DNA of 64,000 nucleotides, taken from positions 372,001 through 436,000 of the IMG/VR virus record IMGVR_UViG_3300028654_000001. One strand, written 5' to 3'. Shown here piece after piece: positions 27,443 to 37,138 of this stretch. Position numbers and translations under genes: made by a program. The notes under the pieces are model-generated. The model saw only the letters and a list, made by a program, of their open reading frames with translations, did no database searches and was not told where the DNA came from. Position 1 is the first letter of the stretch. Each line of letters opens with the position of its first letter.

Positions 27443-27555
27443 AACTAGGACTTCCTTCTGATTTGTTAGGATCTGAAGGCACACTCTACGTGGTGCCTTG
27501 AATTACCCAGATAGCTACTCGAGTTGACCAGGGTTTCTGATTCAAGAGGTGTAGG

Positions 27556-27993
27556 TTAAACCTCTTGCTCAGGTTCCCCTTGCTCTCGGGTATCTGAACT
27601 GGGCCACATAGAGGCGAGGTCTGGATTTTGCTCATCGCAAACCGTCTTCATCGCCTGCTCCGCATATGTACTCTCTTCTACTCTAAGCATCAAGAAGTTT
27701 TGGATAGCTAACTGCACTTGTTTGAAGACCTCTCCGAAGGCCTCCACTTCTGTACTACCAGTTCCCCTATACTCTTGCTTGAACTCTAAGTTTGCCCCTT
27801 CTTCACTCACGCTCTTTGTACCTACTAAGAAAACGTGAAGGCTCCAGTCACCATCTAGCATCCCGGGCAGATCCGATGGAGTGTGCTCGAAGGACATTGA
27901 CACTTTGGTTATCGATTGAGGATCAATCGACTTCCCAAGTAGATGGAGAGCTGATGCTAGGGAACTGAAAGCACTCATGTCCACGAAGTACAC
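27556..27993 (-). CDS. Hypothetical protein
   Basis: 145-aa ORF; start uncertain. Confidence 0.6.
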   Translation of the reverse strand: MYFVDMSAFSSLASALHLLGKSIDPQSITKVSMSFEHTPSDLPGMLDGDWSLHVFLVGTKSVSEEGANLEFKQEYRGTGSTEVEAFGEVFKQVQLAIQNFLMLRVEESTYAEQAMKTVCDEQNPDLASMWPSSDTREQGEPEQEV

Positions 27994-28109
27994 CGGAGAC
28001 TGGACTAACTTTCGGTGGATTCGACGTGGGAGCTAAAAAAGTTCCCTGAGGGTTCGGGGGCTTGCGACAAATCAGAGAAAAGACTGGTCAGATGGTCGGT
28101 GTTGGTGGA

Positions 28110-30416
28110 TCAGGTCTTCTTATAACAGCCGTTCAACGTCAGCCGTGTGGTCTTTGAAATAGTCTCAATCCCAAACTTATGACGAAGTTTCCTAATGGCT
28201 ACTTTAGATACGCTATAAAGTTTAGCGATCTGGTCATCACTATTGCGAAGGTATAGGTCTGAAAGAACATCCTTGGTCAACGAATCAAAAGAAAGGCTCC
28301 CAGAGGCCTTGGCACTTCTCTGGGTAAAGCTAATTGTTTGGATCCCCCACCGCTTTCGCTGCTGAGAGATCAAAACATCCGAAGTCCCGAATCTCTTACC
28401 GATCTCAGCATCAGTCATTAATTGGGCCTCGTACAACTCTCTCAAAGCGGCCTCAGTCAACCCAGATACCTTGGTATCACAGGTCTCTTTCTTATTGGGC
28501 TCTTTTGGTAGTTGGTAACAAGGAACCAAACACGTCCCCCCACCCTTCAGAAAGACTAAAATAGGTTCCATTCTATGATGACTACCGAAAGAGCCAAGCT
28601 TCATCTCAAGAGTACCCTCATACTCAAACCCGCACAGCTCGGCCATTCTAATTGACTCACTAACCAAAGGCAGTTGGGATCCATCAACTTGGATATCAGC
28701 CACATTAAGTAGCAGTCTTCCACCTGGGGCCAGACTGTTGAAGGACTTAGCTAGTAGTACAGAGAGAAATCTACTCAACCATAGATCCCAAGTTGGGTAA
28801 CGAACCCAACTCTGAGATGGATCATTGGAGTACCGCTCAACAGAAAAGTACGGAGGGCTAGTGAGAACCAAGTCAGCCTGAATATCACCTAGGTCTACCT
28901 CCTCAATTGGTTGATTGAAGAAAGTTAGGTTGACTCCTAGTAAATCCTGCAACTTTTGAAAAGACTCCCCAGCCTTCGGGTGAGGATCAACCCCAATATA
29001 TCGACGACCTGCTGCCAAAGCTCCGACAGCCCTACCCCCATATCCAGCACAGGGATCCAACACTAAACCACCAACTGAGGAGAAGTCCTCTACCAACCTC
29101 TTAGCAATAGCTGGTCTAAAGTTGGAAGGGGTTCGTACTATAGCTCGAAGTGCTCGAAATACATTCATTGGATACAGAGGGTCCCCAACTTTCAATTGGA
29201 AGTCTACAGCTCTTCGAATCAAGGCGGGGTCAAACCAAGCCCTAGTAAGAGATGGATTCTGTCCGTTGGTCGCTTCAAATCTATGTGGGAAGGCGGCCTG
29301 ACATACTGCTAACCCTACTCGACCACCCCCCTCAATCACCCCGTCACTTACTTTCGCCAAGGTTCTATGGCGTAGATTAGTGAAGTCCCTAACAACCTCA
29401 TCGTCAGAAGGCGGCTCTGGTAGCTTGAGTGAGGTTAGCAACTCAATCAAGGGTTCACCTTGCAACCCAGAATCTACGATACCTTTTGCTTCTTCCCAGG
29501 TAGGAATATACTTCGAGGTGTCTATTACAAAACCTGAACTTTTAACCGATCTTCGTACGGTATCGACCGAAGACCCTGTTGCCTGAGAAATCCACTCTAA
29601 GGATCGACCTTGCTCAACATAGTCACCAAGTTGATCCCTTAGTAAGTCAGCCGAAGATAGACCCCTAGCCCTGGGCACTAGTTCCAACTTATAGCCCATT
29701 GAAGGGGGGATATGAGGGGCTACCAAGTCCAAGAACCTGGTAAGGCTCTCACGATCGTGCAGCCATATATCAGCATCGTTAGTCTTGTAGAGTACAGGTA
29801 CGAGCCCAAACCGTTTCAGGAGTTCGAGTTGAACTTGTTGATCCTCGGGCCTTGGTGAAACAGAAAACCTAACATACCCGTTGGAGGTTTTTGAGCCATC
29901 ATCCAAGAACCAAATGGCCAAAGAGAAGGCATCAAACTCCGCAAGATCTATGTTGGAGAAGGACTTGTTCCCAGAACCATCAGGGTAGGCTTGCTTCCAA
30001 TAGGGGTATAAGTCCCTGGAACTATGCAGAGTCAGGCGAGATCCTGTATAGGTAACCCCATTCTTCACCGTCTTAGCTGGTTTGACTGAGCAAAGATGAT
30101 CGCCCCAAAGGGCGGCTTTCCAAGAGATGTAGTCATGCTGTTGGTCCGAGTGGTATTCACAGAGGCTTGCTGTGCAATCACTGCGAGAGGTGAGCCCAGC
30201 ATCTCCGAGTAGAGAGCCCAAGAGGAGAGTCTTCTGTAGTTGGGTCAGGGGCGGCAACTTCAAACGATCCGACTTTTGAATAGTCTGGATCTGGTACTTC
30301 ATTCTTCGTAGACTCACCTGCCTCTGACTCAACCCATACAACAAACCAATCTTGATCTCGGATAACCCATCATCCAGGTAAAGCCTGCGAAGTTCGGCTT
30401 CAGTGACGTCTGCCAT
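28110..30416 (-). CDS. LAGLIDADG endonuclease - amino DNA methyltransferase fusion with HTH repeats
   Basis: LLLGSLLGDAGL and LAIWFLDDG (LAGLIDADG); SNFRPAIAK, VLDPCAGYGG (motif I) and LTSPPYF (motif IV); HTH at the N-terminus and two at the C-terminus. Confidence 0.85.
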   Translation of the reverse strand: MADVTEAELRRLYLDDGLSEIKIGLLYGLSQRQVSLRRMKYQIQTIQKSDRLKLPPLTQLQKTLLLGSLLGDAGLTSRSDCTASLCEYHSDQQHDYISWKAALWGDHLCSVKPAKTVKNGVTYTGSRLTLHSSRDLYPYWKQAYPDGSGNKSFSNIDLAEFDAFSLAIWFLDDGSKTSNGYVRFSVSPRPEDQQVQLELLKRFGLVPVLYKTNDADIWLHDRESLTRFLDLVAPHIPPSMGYKLELVPRARGLSSADLLRDQLGDYVEQGRSLEWISQATGSSVDTVRRSVKSSGFVIDTSKYIPTWEEAKGIVDSGLQGEPLIELLTSLKLPEPPSDDEVVRDFTNLRHRTLAKVSDGVIEGGGRVGLAVCQAAFPHRFEATNGQNPSLTRAWFDPALIRRAVDFQLKVGDPLYPMNVFRALRAIVRTPSNFRPAIAKRLVEDFSSVGGLVLDPCAGYGGRAVGALAAGRRYIGVDPHPKAGESFQKLQDLLGVNLTFFNQPIEEVDLGDIQADLVLTSPPYFSVERYSNDPSQSWVRYPTWDLWLSRFLSVLLAKSFNSLAPGGRLLLNVADIQVDGSQLPLVSESIRMAELCGFEYEGTLEMKLGSFGSHHRMEPILVFLKGGGTCLVPCYQLPKEPNKKETCDTKVSGLTEAALRELYEAQLMTDAEIGKRFGTSDVLISQQRKRWGIQTISFTQRSAKASGSLSFDSLTKDVLSDLYLRNSDDQIAKLYSVSKVAIRKLRHKFGIETISKTTRLTLNGCYKKT

Positions 30417-30423
30417 ACCGAAG

Positions 30424-30432
30424 AGTATAGCA
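30424..30432 (-). promoter_or_regulatory. Extended -10 sigma70-type promoter (TGcTATACT), likely leaderless
   Basis: TATACT ends 7 nt before the ATG at 30416; no SD is visible. Confidence 0.5.
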
Positions 30433-30516
30433 TGGTGTGTTTAGGTTGCACTAGAAAAGATAACTTTGGTGGGTTCCCAGTATGACCGACGTGTCCAAAC
30501 TGGAAACTACCGGGTT

Positions 30517-31485
30517 TCAAGATGAGGGACGCCCCACAACTCGAGGGTGCTCGATGCCATGCTTCTTTAGGTGCCGATCAACTGTGGTTGCGGCTACCCC
30601 AGTTAACTTGGCCATCCTTCGAATCGGTACACCTTGAGCTGCCAACTCACGAAGGGATACCTCGGGGGCCTTCTCTCGAACTTGATAATGAGGACCCTGA
30701 AAGCCGAAGTTCAACTTGTAGTGCATGAATTCAGGCATGTGCGGCTTCACCAGAGCAATAAGTAGGTGAGCTTGGTCTTCACCTTCGAAGATGAATTGAC
30801 CGGTGTTTCCCTGGACAGGAACCCATCGAGGATTAAGACTGAACTTCCGAAAAATAGCTTGTGCAACCTCACGACTCTCTGACCCCATCCCGAAAGTGAT
30901 AACAGGCCACCAAGCGGCGGAGCCATCATCCATAAACCAAATTGCAAGTGCAAGAGCATCAACTAAGTCAACTACCTGCATTTGAAGTTGCTTGGGTCCA
31001 GGTTCCGGATAAAACAGATCATGCCATGGAAGCATAGTTGCATGAGATACAGTCTCACACCTGAAACCAGGAAACTCACTCCCTAGTGTCTTCCAAAGTA
31101 CTGGACGTAGCCCCAACTTAACCCAAGACCCCCACTCCTTGCTCTTCCACTCCAAGTACTCTTTTTGATCTTCACAATGGTTCTCTGAATACCTAGCAAC
31201 ATGGGTACTCTTTGAGATCCTACCGTCACCAAGCATCGAACCAACAAGAACAGATCGAAGACGTCCTTCAATAGGTACTAACTCATGGCGCTCAGTGCGA
31301 CAAATCGTCTCAATCCCCCAACGATGTCGCCAACTACGTATATGCTTAATAGGACACCCTACCTGAGCAGCAATTTCAGAGTCAGTAAGCTTAGACTCCA
31401 GATATTGGATTCTTAATTCGGCTTCGGATATTGGACAAGGTACGAGCTTCATACTAAACCGTATCACTAAGCTTTTAGGTGTCAA
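30517..31485 (-). CDS. LAGLIDADG homing endonuclease with N- and C-terminal HTH
   Basis: VLVGSMLGDGRI and LAIWFMDDG; paralogous to the N-half of 28110-30416. Confidence 0.85.
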   Translation of the reverse strand: MTPKSLVIRFSMKLVPCPISEAELRIQYLESKLTDSEIAAQVGCPIKHIRSWRHRWGIETICRTERHELVPIEGRLRSVLVGSMLGDGRISKSTHVARYSENHCEDQKEYLEWKSKEWGSWVKLGLRPVLWKTLGSEFPGFRCETVSHATMLPWHDLFYPEPGPKQLQMQVVDLVDALALAIWFMDDGSAAWWPVITFGMGSESREVAQAIFRKFSLNPRWVPVQGNTGQFIFEGEDQAHLLIALVKPHMPEFMHYKLNFGFQGPHYQVREKAPEVSLRELAAQGVPIRRMAKLTGVAATTVDRHLKKHGIEHPRVVGRPSS

Positions 31486-31507
31486 GGGTTAGGTTCAATA
31501 AAAGCAT

Positions 31508-31546
31508 TAAAGAGAAAGGCCGAGAGTCCTTTCGGAAACCCGGCCT
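31508..31546 (-). terminator. Rho-independent terminator after major capsid gene
   Basis: AGGCCGGGTTTCC-GAAA-GGACTCTCGGCCT followed by TTCTCTTT. Confidence 0.8.
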
Positions 31547-31570
31547 ACACTCAATTTAGCCTATTTAGGC

Positions 31571-32440
31571 TTATACGCGAGTTACCAGCAACCTGGTGAG
31601 ACCGCGGGGGTTGAAGGCCCCAATGCCGACGTTTTCGAAGCAAGAAAATCCTATTGTCCTTGCTTTTGGATCGTCAGCCGACAGAACCGTGAGCTCTGTA
31701 CGTACGGGGAATCTTCCAAAGTTCTCAGGTTCCGCTGCGATGTACACAAAACCAGCAGGAACCAAACGGCTCGTGATGATCTGTGCACCCCACAGGTTCG
31801 CCTGAAGACCGGTCTTCAGAAGAACGGCTTGGCTCTCGATGTCGAGGATGTCCCTACCGAACTTACGGATATCCGCATAGTCGGTAGCATTCATGTAGAT
31901 ACGAGCTACACGAAGGTCATGACGCTCTACCTCAGCAAAGGCATCTGCTAGGACGCTTGGAGAGATCGGGGCCACAACGTTGATGTCGGGGTTGGTCTGA
32001 GGCAGGGTGTCGAAGCCCGAGACAGCAATGCTGTCGAGAACTGCGAACACACGCTCATCTTCAGCAGCCTGGATCTGGGCTTTCGCCAAGTCCTGGGCAC
32101 GTTCGATGAGGTCGAACCTACGCTCTTTGATCTGGGTGAGGGGGATCTCAGGGTTCGAGGCAATCTCGAAGAGCGGGAAGATGACCCTACGGGGCTTCTG
32201 GATCGCGAGGATGTTTTCACCCTCTTCGCCGACCACATAAGCCGTAACGTCTGGATCTTTATCATAAATTGGCAGGGCCCCGTCTGGGAGTTGCTCTACC
32301 AAAAATGTTTTCCGCCCGACGGCCGTGTAGTCACGACGCAGCCTGAGGGGCTGAATCATGGAGGCAGCGAGCTTCGCACGGCCAGCAGCCGTTTTGATAT
32401 ACTCACTGATGATCTGTTGCTTTACTTCGTTTGATACCAT
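31571..32440 (-). CDS. Major capsid protein (HK97 fold)
   Basis: 289 aa; order protease-scaffold-decoration-MCP; V.EEGE..FEIASNPEI..ERAQDLAKAQIQAAED..DIRKF..LWGAQII pattern; strong codon bias and terminator. Confidence 0.85.
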   Translation of the reverse strand: MVSNEVKQQIISEYIKTAAGRAKLAASMIQPLRLRRDYTAVGRKTFLVEQLPDGALPIYDKDPDVTAYVVGEEGENILAIQKPRRVIFPLFEIASNPEIPLTQIKERRFDLIERAQDLAKAQIQAAEDERVFAVLDSIAVSGFDTLPQTNPDINVVAPISPSVLADAFAEVERHDLRVARIYMNATDYADIRKFGRDILDIESQAVLLKTGLQANLWGAQIITSRLVPAGFVYIAAEPENFGRFPVRTELTVLSADDPKARTIGFSCFENVGIGAFNPRGLTRLLVTRV

Positions 32441-32471
32441 GGTCGTGTCCTTGTCCTTTTCTTCTTCGTTC

Positions 32472-33104
32472 TCAGATCCGGAGATCGATCACGAGCATGG
32501 GTGTGTCTGAAGTTTGAACAGCCTTGACCACGCCGACCACGGTCAGAACTGACGATGAGCTAGCCACATACTCATAGGATTCGTGTGGCAGGTTTGTTGC
32601 GAGACCGTTGACACTTGCGTATACGAGGTCACCAACAGCCCAAGAGATAGGAGTGGTCCCATCAGCCTGAGATACCGTTTCGTAGATCGTCAACCCAAGA
32701 GTTGACCCTGATCCACAGACGTACGGACCCTTACCCGATGCTGGTCCAGGAGTGTTCTCATAGGCATTACCAACGGCATCGTTGATAAAGAAGCCAAGTG
32801 GACGTGCTCCCGTAACAATATTGGTTAGGTTCGTGATGAGAGCTCCGGGAGTTCCGGGAGTTCCACCGACGAGGTTGTTGCCAGTGGGGCGGGTGAATGC
32901 GATTGAACCACCGAGAACACCAACCTTGGTGATGCCGGCGAGTGTTGAGCTCTTCGCTCCTGCAGTTGTGATGAGAGCAGGGTTTAACTGAGTGAAAGCG
33001 TCAGCGGCAAGTGCACCCACAGAATTGCGGGTAACAACATGAAACAGCTGGACTCTTGCACTAGTTTCCTTGAAGTCACCAGAACTTTGTCCGTATAGAG
33101 GCAT
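32472..33104 (-). CDS. Capsid decoration/cement protein (putative)
   Basis: Immediately upstream of MCP; Gly/Thr-rich with a GDLVYAS..GL.T beta-tulip-like motif. Confidence 0.65.
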   Translation of the reverse strand: MPLYGQSSGDFKETSARVQLFHVVTRNSVGALAADAFTQLNPALITTAGAKSSTLAGITKVGVLGGSIAFTRPTGNNLVGGTPGTPGALITNLTNIVTGARPLGFFINDAVGNAYENTPGPASGKGPYVCGSGSTLGLTIYETVSQADGTTPISWAVGDLVYASVNGLATNLPHESYEYVASSSSVLTVVGVVKAVQTSDTPMLVIDLRI

Positions 33105-33195
33105 AGTTGCTCCTTGGGGGATAAAGTGAGGTTAACCTTCACATTCACATCTACATCTAGGCAGTCACGAAGACTGGGTAACTTTTGTGTTGGTA

Positions 33196-33220
33196 GAGTG
33201 GGCCACAAGGTGACCCACTC
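33196..33220 (-). promoter_or_regulatory. Intergenic hairpin (11-bp stem, CTT triloop) between scaffold and decoration genes
   Basis: GAGTGGGTCAC-CTT-GTGGCCCACTC, with no U-tract. Confidence 0.55.
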
Positions 33221-33230
33221 ACCACATGAC

Positions 33231-34670
33231 TCACTGATTTGTGGGGATACCGAATGCATCCCTTACGTCAGGAGCCGAGCTCCAGAGCGAGGAGAGTTGA
33301 TCACCACCACTGCTGGCCACCTTGGCCGTGGAGGTTCCACCGATCCTGCTCACTCCCTGGCTGGGAACCGTGCCTACGGTCCTCATCGAGGCAGTTCGAA
33401 CTGCATGAGCTTGCTTCTGCTGCTGTTGGCCACCGTCCTGAGCCTGCTGAGCTTGCTCGGTCTCGGCATTGGCAAAGAGCTGCATGAGCATGTCATCTTC
33501 CGGGCCTAGTTGAACTTCGCCGACATCCATGGTGGGGGTGTCGAGTTCGATGTCCATGTTGGCCATGGGCTGAACCTGTTGCTGCTGGGCAAGCATCTGG
33601 TCGATGAGTTCACCATCGCTACCCTGTTGCTGAGCCTGACCCTGCTGGGCCTGACCCATGCAAGCTGCAGCCGCTGCAACTGGATCCTGGCCATTCTGAA
33701 TCGCCTGTTGCACTGCTTGTGCAACCTGCTGGGCCTGACTCTGTTGCTGCATCTGAGCTTGTTGCTGTTGCTGACCAGCTTGTTGACCACCCTGTTGCTG
33801 TGCAGGTGGGGCTTGTACTTGCTGAGCCTGAAGCTTATCAAGCTGTTGCTGAGCTTGCTGAATCATCTGAGCGAGCTGTTGCTGCATCTGAGCCTGTTGC
33901 TCCTGTCCAGCTTGTTTCTGCTCCTGTTGCTGAGCTTGCTGACCCTGTTGGTCTTGAGCCAAGAGAGCCCTCACCGAAGTGTGACGAGGATCAGAAAAGT
34001 TCTGAGAAGCCTGAACCTGTTGCTCCTGTTGCTCCTGTTGCTGGTCCTGCTGAGCCGCTTGCTTCTGCTCCTGTTGCTGCTGACCCTGCTCTTGCTGAGT
34101 CTGCTGAGCTTGCTTCTGCTGCTCCTGTTGCTGCTGACCCTGCTCTTGCTGAGCTTGCTTCTGCTGCTCCTGCTGACCCTGGTCCTGCTGAGCTTGCTGG
34201 GCAGCCTGAACCTGTTGCTCCTGTTGCTGGTCCTGCTTGGCAGCAAGACGAGTAAATGTCGACATTAGCTCTTCATCAGGTAGGTGCATGAAGGAGATCG
34301 ACTGCTCTTCGATATCCATTGAGGAGGCAGTCTTCGGGAGTACCGACCGAGCCAGGGCGACACACACGGCAGCCTTCTTGACAAGAACCTCTTCCGAGGC
34401 GGTCTTCTCAGGGTGGTTGAAGGTGTCGTTCCTCATCTCAGGCATCCCGATCTCATTCCTCTTGACCTGACCACCTGAGTACTCGGCTTCCCAAGTTCCG
34501 GCGGCTGGGTGAATGTCTTCGGCAAATGTCGAGGGGTCACCAATCACGTAGGCATCAGCCGCTGGCTGCTGTCGAACGTGGTCTTGGTTCATGGTGTACG
34601 GGTCAGCAACCTTAAGACCCGCCTCTTTGGCGATGTTGTTGATATTCCAGGTTGAACGCTCGCGGGTCAT
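33231..34670 (-). CDS. Gln-rich scaffolding/prohead core protein (putative)
   Basis: Lies between protease and MCP; long poly-Gln coiled region. Confidence 0.7.
   Translation of the reverse strand: MTRERSTWNINNIAKEAGLKVADPYTMNQDHVRQQPAADAYVIGDPSTFAEDIHPAAGTWEAEYSGGQVKRNEIGMPEMRNDTFNHPEKTASEEVLVKKAAVCVALARSVLPKTASSMDIEEQSISFMHLPDEELMSTFTRLAAKQDQQQEQQVQAAQQAQQDQGQQEQQKQAQQEQGQQQQEQQKQAQQTQQEQGQQQQEQKQAAQQDQQQEQQEQQVQASQNFSDPRHTSVRALLAQDQQGQQAQQQEQKQAGQEQQAQMQQQLAQMIQQAQQQLDKLQAQQVQAPPAQQQGGQQAGQQQQQAQMQQQSQAQQVAQAVQQAIQNGQDPVAAAAACMGQAQQGQAQQQGSDGELIDQMLAQQQQVQPMANMDIELDTPTMDVGEVQLGPEDDMLMQLFANAETEQAQQAQDGGQQQQKQAHAVRTASMRTVGTVPSQGVSRIGGTSTAKVASSGGDQLSSLWSSAPDVRDAFGIPTNQ
33590..34250 (-). repeat. 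CAG/CAA-rich low-complexity repeat (QQEQQKQA units)
   Basis: Repeated cagcagcaggagcagcagaagcaagct-type units. Confidence 0.85.
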
Positions 34671-34715
34671 GGATGTGATCCCTTTCTTGCTATCGAGTGT
34701 AGGCGTATAAAGAGT

Positions 34716-36386
34716 TCATTGGATACCGAGGGAGAACAGTTCACCTTTTTCGATTAGTTGAGCTCTCTCGGAAACTATTGGGGTTCGGCCCATTACCTCA
34801 CTACAAGCAGTGAGGTAATCATCTACATTTGGATATGATCTCGTTCCGCCTACTGCGATAACGGTCTTGTAAATTCGAGTGTCGCCTGCTAGGGAAGACT
34901 TTTTAGTCGCCCTCTCCAGAAGTCGGCACATAACAAGAATCTCACGACCACTAAATCTTTTTGCTTGAGCCACGGCTTGCCACCCACCTACATCGTGGAG
35001 GATCAGCCCAGCCAACACACTTTTTGCAGCTCTTTCGTCTTTAACGTTAGCTGCCACCATCTTAGCTCTGTCGATCCACTTAGAATACTTCAGAGCTGAT
35101 TTGATGAGAGATTCATTTGAATGGTTTGGATCTAAGGTGGACTCATCCTTATCTTTATTGGAGTCCGCCAAGTTCTTCTTGACCTTCTTGGTAACCTCAT
35201 CAACGATAGCCCCGTATAGGTCGTCGATGGTCTTCTTAAAGGGGTTCTCCTTCTCAGAAGGTGTGCTCGGAGCTGTGTCCTTAAACTCAGACTCACCAGG
35301 GAAGTCTTGTTGTGCAGCCACAGGACCCCCACCGTTAATCTCAGTGAGCCTCTGCTCTAAAGCCTGAGCAGCTCGGTCACTACCAGAGAAGGCGGCAGGA
35401 GTTTTTAAGTATCCCAGAGAGGGACCATCATAGAGGTATGCCAGGTGATCCCCTGGGGTGGCCTTGACGTTGATTGACCGACGAGGGGTATTGAGTCGTG
35501 CAGCCTTCTGCATCGCATTGACGTCGAAGACCTCAACAGGACGGGAGAAGGCTACCTGGATCTTCTGCCTGGCGTTCTCAACCATCAAGGCTGTCTTCGG
35601 GTCTAAGATCTTATTAAGGACAGCGCCGACGAAGGCTGGGTTGGCAACCCAGGAGCCCTCGATGAACTTCACCGACCCAGGCTCTACCTTAACGTGTCCG
35701 CAGAGCTCGGCAATCTTCCGACGCTTACCACTCGCGTCAATGAACCATTGACCCTTCTCGTACTTGATGTGCCTGCAGAGCTGAGTCTCATCCTCGGCTA
35801 CGTTACCGCACTTGGTGCAGACCGTGAACGAGACATGACACCCCATAGAGAGTGTGCTGAGGGTCCCGTCTAAGATAGCTGCTATGAGTTCTCGGTGCTT
35901 CCTGTCAGTGGCAATCAGGATGTCTACGTAAACTGAATCCCCAATATCTCGAGCTGCGGCATCAATGATCTTGCCCTTGGAGAGTTCTGGGATCTGAATG
36001 TGTTCAACGTAGTTCTCACCACCTATAAACGTCCTGAAAGACGAAAGAAGTAACTTTCTCTCCCAAGCATCATTGTTGTTATTAATGTACTTGGTGGTGC
36101 CGGCAGTAATATAGAAGTCTGGGAACTTACGGTCGATCTGGACACCATCGAACATCTGCTTGCCAGTGGGTAGCCCCACTGGAGTCTCTGTGTCGACTGA
36201 GGCAATGATGGTGCAGTGCGAAAGTAGGTACTGAGTCGGGTCATACTGTTGGAGTACAACCTGAGAGGCTTTCCTAATCTCAAATGTAGGTGATGGTAGA
36301 CACGCCTTAGCACGGATGTCTTCCCAGACGGCTTGGTTGATAGTCGCGTTGGTGACTCGAGCTTTTGCGTACTTTGGGAAACCCAT
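34716..36386 (-). CDS. Prohead (capsid maturation) protease with Cys-rich insert
   Basis: YVEH...GKIIDA...LSMGC..CTKCG..LCRH..FIEGSWVANPAF fits HK97/herpes-type Ser protease motifs; position between portal and MCP. Confidence 0.75.
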   Translation of the reverse strand: MGFPKYAKARVTNATINQAVWEDIRAKACLPSPTFEIRKASQVVLQQYDPTQYLLSHCTIIASVDTETPVGLPTGKQMFDGVQIDRKFPDFYITAGTTKYINNNNDAWERKLLLSSFRTFIGGENYVEHIQIPELSKGKIIDAAARDIGDSVYVDILIATDRKHRELIAAILDGTLSTLSMGCHVSFTVCTKCGNVAEDETQLCRHIKYEKGQWFIDASGKRRKIAELCGHVKVEPGSVKFIEGSWVANPAFVGAVLNKILDPKTALMVENARQKIQVAFSRPVEVFDVNAMQKAARLNTPRRSINVKATPGDHLAYLYDGPSLGYLKTPAAFSGSDRAAQALEQRLTEINGGGPVAAQQDFPGESEFKDTAPSTPSEKENPFKKTIDDLYGAIVDEVTKKVKKNLADSNKDKDESTLDPNHSNESLIKSALKYSKWIDRAKMVAANVKDERAAKSVLAGLILHDVGGWQAVAQAKRFSGREILVMCRLLERATKKSSLAGDTRIYKTVIAVGGTRSYPNVDDYLTACSEVMGRTPIVSERAQLIEKGELFSLGIQ

Positions 36387-36388
36387 GA

Positions 36389-37138
36389 TTAGGGACCTAC
36401 TCCAAGCCAGTTGTGTGGTTCACCTGTGGGGCCTAGAACTGAGACAGGATCGATGAGATAGAGGCACTTGGGGCAAGCGAATATCTTGTGCTTGGCTCCC
36501 TCATGCATCTTATAGGTAGCCCACCTCATCCGATTCGAACACTTGGGGCAAGCTGGCTTCCCAGTCTTGATGTCTTGACCGGTGGCTCTGTACTGACGGT
36601 TCTGGGCTACCCAGTAAGCGGCAGACTTCCTCATGTGATTTTGGAGTCTAATCTCTCCCGCATTCTTTGCGAAACGATAGAACTTTGAGACCTCATCACG
36701 AAGTGCCTCGTCATCCACATTAGGAGCAAGCGTTCTGTATAGGTCATCATAGGCGATGACCTCACTTGCCCCTTTGTGCCAGTGCTTAGCCAAGTCCCGG
36801 TAGACCGAGGGCTGGAAGTAGCTCTTCCTCCAGAGGGGTGAGGCAGAAGCCTCTTTTCGAGCCCTCTCGATTTCAACTGTCACGTAGCTCTGATCAAACT
36901 GAGGGGGTAGATACCGGATGAACTGGGGGGCTACTCGCACCACGTCATCAGGGAATACCCTCTCATTACCAAATGGCCACTGGACATCGAGAACACCCAA
37001 ACCCTTATGGACAGCCGTAACTGTACCAACATAGGGAGAGAGGTCCCCATCAATGACATCGATCTTCTGAACGACATCACCACGGGTGAACTCTTTTACT
37101 AATGACCAGTAATCAATCAAGTTGGGCTCTCTTTCCAA
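36389..37138 (-). CDS. Hypothetical protein with C-terminal zinc ribbon
   Basis: CPKCSNRM...CPKCLYL. Confidence 0.7.
   Translation of the reverse strand: MEREPNLIDYWSLVKEFTRGDVVQKIDVIDGDLSPYVGTVTAVHKGLGVLDVQWPFGNERVFPDDVVRVAPQFIRYLPPQFDQSYVTVEIERARKEASASPLWRKSYFQPSVYRDLAKHWHKGASEVIAYDDLYRTLAPNVDDEALRDEVSKFYRFAKNAGEIRLQNHMRKSAAYWVAQNRQYRATGQDIKTGKPACPKCSNRMRWATYKMHEGAKHKIFACPKCLYLIDPVSVLGPTGEPHNWLGVGP

Noticed and set aside
28110-31485. LAGLIDADG ORFs as inteins or group I intron ORFs
   Set aside because: No Hint blocks or HN-C/S/T ends are present, and the flanking genes (MCP) are uninterrupted.
33510-34268. 252-aa Leu-rich plus-strand ORF and other alternate-frame ORFs here
   Set aside because: Antisense or frame shadows of the CAG-rich scaffold gene (CTG = Leu); no independent start signals.
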